64,000 nt of DNA from NCBI GenBank assembly GCA_013265495.1, contig MU058540.1:2629696-2693695 (forward strand), written 5' to 3'. Under the pieces are notes generated by a model. The model saw only the letters and a list, made by a program, of their open reading frames with translations. It made no database searches and had not been told where the DNA came from. Position numbers and translations under genes: made by a program. The stretch comes from Vicugna vicugna. Taxonomy: Eukaryota. This document shows positions 55,358-64,000 of the stretch, in pieces. The number at the start of each line of letters is the position of its first letter. The first letter of the stretch is position 1.

Positions 55358-57168
55358 CAGAAGTTTAAAAGTTAAAGTGGGCATTTCCCCCTAAAACAAA
55401 TTATCCCCTGCCACTCTCCAACACACAGGCTGCCACCCTCCTGTTACTTCTCTTTACCCATGCTTACCACACATTCTTGCAAAACACATGGAGGTTAAGA
55501 CCTCAACTATTTGGTAATGCAAAGAAATACATAACTTCCTTTTCACTAACAAACCATGAATGAAAGATTAAGGGACAAACATTACCTTCATCCAGAGTTA
55601 ATATTTCCCTAATACTCTTTTTTCCTCTAAGACTTTAAAACCCAAAGTAGTCTCACTTACTACTGTAAATTTGATGTTCCATTTCTCTTTTCTGAATGGC
55701 AAGCTGGGACATACTTTCCTTTCTTAGCTGATAGTAACAACCTCAAGACTGGAATAAAATAGTCTCCCAGTTGTTGCATGGCCATGACACTGCAACAGGC
55801 AAAGTCACTACACAAGTGCACGTGATGCTGTAAGAATTATCGAAAAATTTTAAAGTGATAATGCATTAATATGGAGCCTCCACAGTTTTCTGGTGCAGCA
55901 AAAGTCCTCTAAAGGCGGTGGCAGCTGTGAAAGAAAAGGCACTTTGTGTTGAAACTCAAGAGGTTCTCTCTTAGGAGAACACTCCAGTAGAGAGGCCTGG
56001 TCAGCCCAAGCCTGCAGGTGACCCTTCAGGGTGGAGAGGACTATCCGCTAGGGAAGGCATCTGCAAAGCAAAAATTTGTAATCATGATTCCAAGGCAAAA
56101 TGGTCAAAGTTGGAAAAGGAGAAACACCAAGCGAATACAAATACAGTTGCACCAAAGATTGAGGCGTGAACTTTTACAAGGATTTGAAGGCTGGCTCTGC
56201 ACTTTGTACTGGGCCAGTTCCTTCAACCACTTCCAAGGAGGTTCTGGAGACAGAGCAGGAGTAGCACCTTAGCCAAGAGGGTCCCAGGCCTCCTGCTTCT
56301 GCCTGGGCTCGTCCCAAGAACAAAGTTCCTGTTCCACAGCAACATCCATCAGTGGGATGAAATGGGGTTTTCCACGAGGGCCACAACGCCTTGGCAAGGC
56401 CCAGTGGCTTTGGGGACCTTCTAAGAGCAACAATGGCTCAACCTGGTATCCGTTCCCATGAACATTCAGAAAAGCAGCATGAGTATTTCAGATGAGCTGG
56501 AGGAGATAATCAAAATGCACTGAGGGTCTTTATCCTAGTACCATAAATAAAGTGCACCATGAATGGAGGCTATACAAAGCCACTTGCCCGAGGCCGAGGT
56601 CTGGGGAGAAACTACCATCACCACCCACTGGGAGGGTGGGTCACTTCCTTCAGCCAGGAGGCTGGCTGCTGAAGAGTTACTGCTTTTTTTCCTTAGTACT
56701 CTGGAACTTTAAAGTTTCGGTTCTTTGAAGCTGTAAAGAAAAACAAAAAAATACTTGGTGGGCTTGGCAGAAAGCATGTCACAAAAATCACAGGAGTTGG
56801 CTGATGTTCAATAAGTATATGTTACAATCTAAGTCATGTTGGATGATGGCTGTTTTTTCCCCCTTCGTTCTGATGAACTTAGGAAAACTCAAGTTTTTTT
56901 TTACAAAATCAAATTGGCTCATGATGCTTCTAAGGAAGCAGGACAGCTGTTTGCGGCCGATGTAGCAGAGAGAGTTGTGTCTGCTCTGCAGGTCAGCAGA
57001 CGCGCTATGGAAGGGAACCCACTTACTGTCGCACTTCAGGAGAGTTTACCATGACACAGTGGTGGGTTCCATAAGCTTCTTGGAAGCTCTTTCAAAAGAG
57101 CATGTGAGATGAAAACCGTGATGCTGTACAAGGAAGTCTGCTCTACTTAGAATTCCATTTCAAGGAAA

Positions 57169-57299
57169 CTATTTTGCTGCTTTCATGTAGGAGGGTATTG
57201 CCCCCCTCGCAGTCAGGCCCTCAAAGCGCTTGTACGTGTAATTGATGAAGACCCAGTCTTTGTTCTTGTAGTCGCTCTCAGGGTGATTACTTGTTGCCA
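57169..57299 (-). CDS. STK38: STK38 (NDR1) last coding exon, with AGC hydrophobic motif
   Basis: (V)ATSNHPESDYKNKDWVFINYTYKRFEGLTARGAIPSYMKAAK*; FINYTY is the NDR hydrophobic motif. Confidence 0.97.
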
Positions 57300-57632
57300 C
57301 TGGGAAAGAAATAGATGTGAGAATTGATTCACTGCCTTGCCCTGATGTTCTGCTCAGAACTGAAGACCTGACATCCTGAAGAACATACTACAGCTTCCAT
57401 TTGGGAAAAGTTGTTTTTCACATTGAATTGTCTACATTTGATGTCCTATGTTCTTTGAACCTCATATTTTTCACAATATTTAAAAAGTTTTATTTTCCCA
57501 TTTCTCTCATTTCAGGTTACCTAAGCTTTAATTTAATAAATAACAAAAGAGCAAATCTTTCGGATTTACCCACCCAGTTGAGCAGTCTACACATGAGAGT
57601 TTGTATTCACTTTGAATTTTGACAAGGTCTCA

Positions 57633-57911
<279 letters not shown>

Positions 57912-58726
57912 TCACATGGATCACAACGAATCAAGTCTCTCCAAAAAGACCCCTGGTCTCCATGGGGAGACTGCCTGCAGGCAGGCAGCATTTATTTTCT
58001 CTGAGAAGCTTGTGACTGCTGACCAACCACACTAGCTACTACATCCAAACAAAATTATGATGAAAAGTTACGTAACAATTATTCATAGTTAGGACGACAA
58101 GAATAATCAGAAGTGAAAATGCAAAGAGCACACTCCCCCTGACAGCCTCCCCTGTCTGCTGAAAAGGGGAGCAACCTGTGTCCCCTCGTGTAGGGCTCTG
58201 CCCTTCCTCTACCAAAAGTGCCAAGAGCAGAGTGGCTAAAAATGGACACGAGAGAGGCAAAAGCAAAAATCACAAACACGCAGATCAGAACATAATTATG
58301 AATGTTGACATTCATAGATGACAACTTCATCTGCTGTTTAGCAACCAACGGATGCTGAGTAAGGAAGTCTGGGAGAGGGCAGGCGGTACCACTACCACCC
58401 TTGCCATCACAATCTCATTCTCTCTGCTCCCCTCCCCACCCCATCCTTCTTCCTTCTCTACCTCCCAGTGACAGCCTCTACCATAAGGGAAGGGACAGTC
58501 CTGCTGGTGGCCCCAACACTAGAGAAGGTGGTGTGTCCTCGGTAAAAGCAACTCCAACACACTTGTTAGATGGTCCCTTCACTGTGGAAATAACTGCTGG
58601 CTTCAACATACGTCCCGATCCTCACCATGAATGGAAATCGGGAAACGACCCTGACTTTCTAAGAAGCTCTGTTCCCGTACTTGGCTTGCCAGTAATAGTC
58701 CTACTAAATTAGTCCTAGGCAAACTA

Positions 58727-59273
<547 letters not shown>

Positions 59274-60125
59274 TTAGTGATCCTATATGTCCTTCCCTCC
59301 ATGACATGGATAGGATTTCCACTCATCTCAAAACATCCAAACCAATTTTCCATTTCCCCCAAACTCCTAAACCCAAAGTGAAGCTGTACTTCCGGTACCA
59401 CCAGGGAGCCAGCCAACAGCTGGAGCTGGGAAAGGAAGGGGACGTAGCGGAGCTGCAGATGCGGGAACCACTGTGCCCAAAGAAGAATACAAGGATGAAT
59501 CATTAAGAAACAACTTCATTCTAGGAATATCCTTATACAGATAATGTACCAAACAAGTTGGATAACAAAAAGCATAGGTTTTAAAGTGACCACCACGCCT
59601 CCCCTTGAGAACTACAGGCGAGAGGATGAACAGTCACATACCCTATTACTCCGCCTGCCCTGCACACAGGTCACATCTGCCTCCGCAGGCCTCCCTCCAA
59701 CGTCCCTGAGACAACACAGCCAGACAGATGCCACACCCGTCATCCACACAGGCCCGCTCAGCACCACCATGGATAGACTTACTCCAGTGCTCTTGGGCAT
59801 ATGGCCACCCCTGTAGACGTGCCCCCCAAATACAGATACACCATCCAAATAAGAGGGAGAGAAGTTAGAGGGCCCCAAACTTTGAAGGCTTTGAGAAAGG
59901 GGACAGCAAGTAAGTCAAGAGTGTGTGTGACACAGTCCCGTTAAGGCTCTCTATACAATGGATGTTTAATAAATGCCAGTGAACAAAAGAGCTGTGAGAT
60001 GGAGAGGATGAATACGTAGAAAAAAAACACAATAAACAATCAGCAAAACAACCACAGAGCGCCAGTGAGCCAGAAAGCTGTGGTGTCCATTTTAAGGCCC
60101 AGAGCTTTCTACCTAGGAAACTTCA

Positions 60126-60428
<303 letters not shown>

Positions 60429-61079
60429 CTACGAGCACCACCAGCGAAATAAGCAGGACAGCCCAGCAGCTGAATGGCAAGCCCGATTTGCCCGAGCACT
60501 TCCCAAATGAACACAGCCGTGTCAGTTCACTAGGGCACAGGTTCTGTCAGAGCAGCTAGTCCCGTAACTGACTGAGCACCCAGGACGTGTCATGCTCTGT
60601 TCCTTTATACATTTATGAGCCTATGACAAAGCTTAGCAAAGAGGACTGACCTTATCTTCCCAACTGCAGATAACACTCATGCCCAAAACTGCTTTGCCCA
60701 AGGCCTCAGAACAAGTGGAAGAGCCCAATTTGGAAATTAAACATCTTGCTCCAAAGCATCCTTCTTTGCAGTATATATATTTTTCGTTTGGAAAATCATT
60801 AAGGGAAGCTTTATTATCCAAAACTAAAGTTATAACCTACAGGTCAAAGGTTTATAAATGCTTACTTACCAAACTAAAAAATGTATGTAAATAGTTCTTA
60901 GCTAAGGAGTGTTTTTCTAAATTCAAGTAATCCACTCCCGTACACCAGGACTGCAGTACTAGGGGAAGGCCAGAGCCTTCCTGTGCTCAGCATTTGAGAG
61001 CTTACACATGGAAGGCTCCAATCTAAATGCTTTCCATTGTACATAACTTCTAAAATTAAAAACTACACCTGTGTTGTGT

Positions 61080-62980
61080 TTTTAAAATACTATGAAATAC
61101 TACAAACATACAAGAAGAAAAAGCACAGATAATACAACACCCTTGTATCCATTACTCATACTAAACAAGGGTTAATAATCTGCCACCTTTGTCTCAGATC
61201 ATTTGTCTTTTTAAGATACGAAACTACAAAATCGATGAAAGCCAGAATCCCTACCCACCTCCGAAGACATAACTACCTCGAAGCTGCTGTGCTGAGCTTC
61301 AATGGATATTCACGTAGATGACTTACTACTTTTTGTATACTTCAGCTTTTATGAGACTGAGGCGCTGCCTACTGCGCTAAGGAGGCAGGTTATTTCAGCT
61401 TTTAATAGAGTCTCATACCCTACTGCGTTATTCTACAATGCTACAGCTTGCTTTTTTTACTCTGCTATGATTTCGAGATTTATTCATGTAGCTTTAGTTA
61501 GCCCATTTCACTGCTGTACACTATCCCATTATAAAAATGTCACAATGTTTCTTATCCATTTTCCTGTAAATGTACACGTGTGTTGCTGCCAGTGTTTCAT
61601 CAAAACAAACGAAAAACCAAATAAACATTCTTGTAACACCTCCTAGGCACTGGTGTGAGAACTTCTCTAGAGGATCTACTGCAAGTAATATCACTGGATC
61701 TTGCGTTACGAGCATCATCAACTTAATCAGACATCTTCCAGGTGTCCTCCAAGGTGGTTACACGTTTTAAACATGCCGAGTGGGGATGAGCTCCTGGTGC
61801 TCTACATTCACCAACACTTGGCTTTGTCAGAATCTTATATTTTTACCAATCAGATGAATATGAAATGGGATCTATTTTAATTTGCATTTCCCTTATTTCT
61901 AGCAAGGTTGAGTGCATGTTCATATGCTAATTTGCCATTCAAGTCTTTTGTGTGTGAATTATTGTTCAGATTCTTTGCCCATTTGTTTGTTTTTGTAAGT
62001 TGTACTACGTTTTTTCTTTTGATTCATAGGAATTCTTTATAAATCCACGGCCTTAATCCTGATTCAGGACATTAATCCTTTATAGTTGTACGTACTGCAA
62101 GTATCTTCTCCAAGTCTGAGGCTTATCATTTTTTATGATTTTTTAAATGATGTTATATTTGTTATATACACCAAAGTGTATAATTACCAAATTATGAAGC
62201 ATAATAAAATGAATACTGAGTCCAAATGAACCAAAATATGTATCACTGATACCATTCAAGCTGTATACCTCTCAGTCCATCCTCCTGCCTCTCCTCCTAA
62301 CCTCTGTGCTGAATTTTACGTTTATTATTCCTCTGCTTTTAAAAAGGAATTTAATCTTGCCATATTGTGTCTCTCAAACTGAGATCTTAGTTTTGTTTCC
62401 AAGCTTTGTAAAAAATGGTATCATTCTACAAGCAGTCTTCTATTTGATTTCTCTTCTCAATGTTTTGTTTCTAAAACTGATCCATGATGTCATATGTAGC
62501 TTTAAGTTCAATTATTTTCACTGCTCTAAAATATTCTGTTCCAGAATATTTTGATGGACACTGGGTTATTTCTAGTTTTTTGCCATTAGGAAAATGCAAT
62601 AAACATCCTTATACATGTGTCCTGGTTCAGAGGTGCAAGAGTTTCTCCAGGGTATCTGAATAGGGCTAGAACTTCTGGGTTGGAGAGAATACACTTCAAC
62701 TGTAAGATAATTCCAAAGTAGCTGGACTGGACCATGTAGATTGTCTTTTCATTTGCTTATGTCTTTCAATATACAGGGGTTTTTTTTCTTTAAAGTAGTA
62801 AAATCACCAAGTTCTCCTTTATGATTTGTACTTCTTGTATGTTATTTAAGAAACCCTTCCTTACCCTGAGGTCATAAAGATATTGCCCTGTATTTTCTTC
62901 TAAAATTTTTTAAGTTTTATTTTCCATCTGCAGTTTATTTCTATGTATATTGTAAGGTAGGAATCCATTTTTTCCACATA
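61080..62980 (-). mobile_element. Old nested L1 fragments in an STK38 intron
   Basis: Antisense L1 motifs (ttttaatttgcatttccc; gcaagtatcttctcc; tttaagaaacccttccttaccc). Confidence 0.7.
61349..61386 (-). pseudogene. Tailless retrocopy of elongator tRNA-Met(CAT) 5' half
   Basis: GCCTCCTTAGCGCAGTAGGCAGCGCCTCAGTCTCATAA ends in the anticodon loop. Flanked by a 14-bp TSD (61338-61351 and 61391-61404, one mismatch). Confidence 0.88.
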
Positions 62981-64000
62981 GATAATTATACATTGTTTTC
63001 TTTTAAATATACATATTAAATAGCCAGGTTTTTTTTTTAAGTTTTAAGTCTGAAACATGGATTGGACCCTCCCCAAGAAGCAGAAATTTTTATTCTAATT
63101 ATAAAAGTTAAGAAACTACAGAAACCTTTCAATTTAGATGAAATATATTCCAGCAAAGCTTTTGAGTAAACCTTCTTTGTTCAAAGATTTCTATTATAAA
63201 ACCAGAGACCTAATGCCACAAAAAAGAATTCCTTCATGATACTAAGGTGTAAAAAAAAATCTTGGAGTTACAGAATACAGTAAACAGCAGGTGTAAACCT
63301 GTCACATAAGGGATGTTCTCACCAGGGAGCTGGAGTCCCTCTTTGGGAGCTCACTCTCACTTTAGTACAAGGTACACAAAGGTAATCCAGGGACTGCCCC
63401 CTTCCCAAACCTTTGTCTGTTTTCCATACTAGGGTGTCCTCCAACTTTAAGCCCTTAACACCTCAAATCTAGACCCTTCTTTTTCCTTTTGTTGTTTGGG
63501 TATTCATAGTGTCGATCAGAACTATACTGTAAAGAGCTTTGTGGATTGTTAGTATTTCAAACATATGATGTGTTCCAGCTTATGATTTAGGATTTTAGGG
63601 GAAATAAAGCAATATAATCTCCTACTTAACCACTTCTATAAACTCTACACTAAAAAAAGAAAAAAAGAATTGGCCAAGACTGGATGCCTAGATGTAGGTA
63701 CTTCAACTTTTAACTCTGGTTTAATAACTTAAAAATGACTCATATTTATTTCCGAATCAGTTAGTGTGGCCTAAGGTTACCCAGGACCACACTGGTACTT
63801 AAAATATTAGAAAAGGATTTAAGCAGCCAAAGATGAAGCTAAAGCCTCCACATTTTTTAGTGATTCTCAGTGGACTGAAAAGTAATAGGCTGGGTGAAGG
63901 ATTACATATGTTAAGCTTAACCTAGAGCAGTAAGTTTATATCAAGCATTAACTAACATTAACCTTCCATTCAAGCTGTGTACCTCCCAGTCCGTCCTCCT

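Overview
Mammalian genomic DNA, probably a camelid (two tRNA-derived Vic-1-like SINEs), covering the PXT1-KCTD20-STK38 locus. On the - strand are two coding exons of PXT1 (testis BH3-like protein); its canonical last exon was not found and probably lies left of the window. PXT1 is head-to-head with KCTD20 across a CpG island at about 22.0-22.6 kb. KCTD20 (+) is complete: a non-coding exon 1 and seven coding exons giving a 1260-nt CDS (419 aa), with a 3'UTR of about 3.4 kb. It converges on the last five exons and 3'UTR of STK38/NDR1 (-). The rest is intronic or intergenic DNA rich in L1, L2, MIR, MER, MLT and ERV-LTR fragments, with a 30-N gap. I found no new multi-gene system. The best leads are: an orphan CpG island in the PXT1 intron that could drive a short PXT1 isoform; a CpG-rich, in-frame candidate alternative exon in KCTD20 intron 3; two tailless small-RNA retrocopies (a tRNA-Met 5' half and a U6 5' fragment); and several candidate alternative exons. 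Gene and repeat names come from recalled homology, not database searches, and repeat boundaries are approximate.
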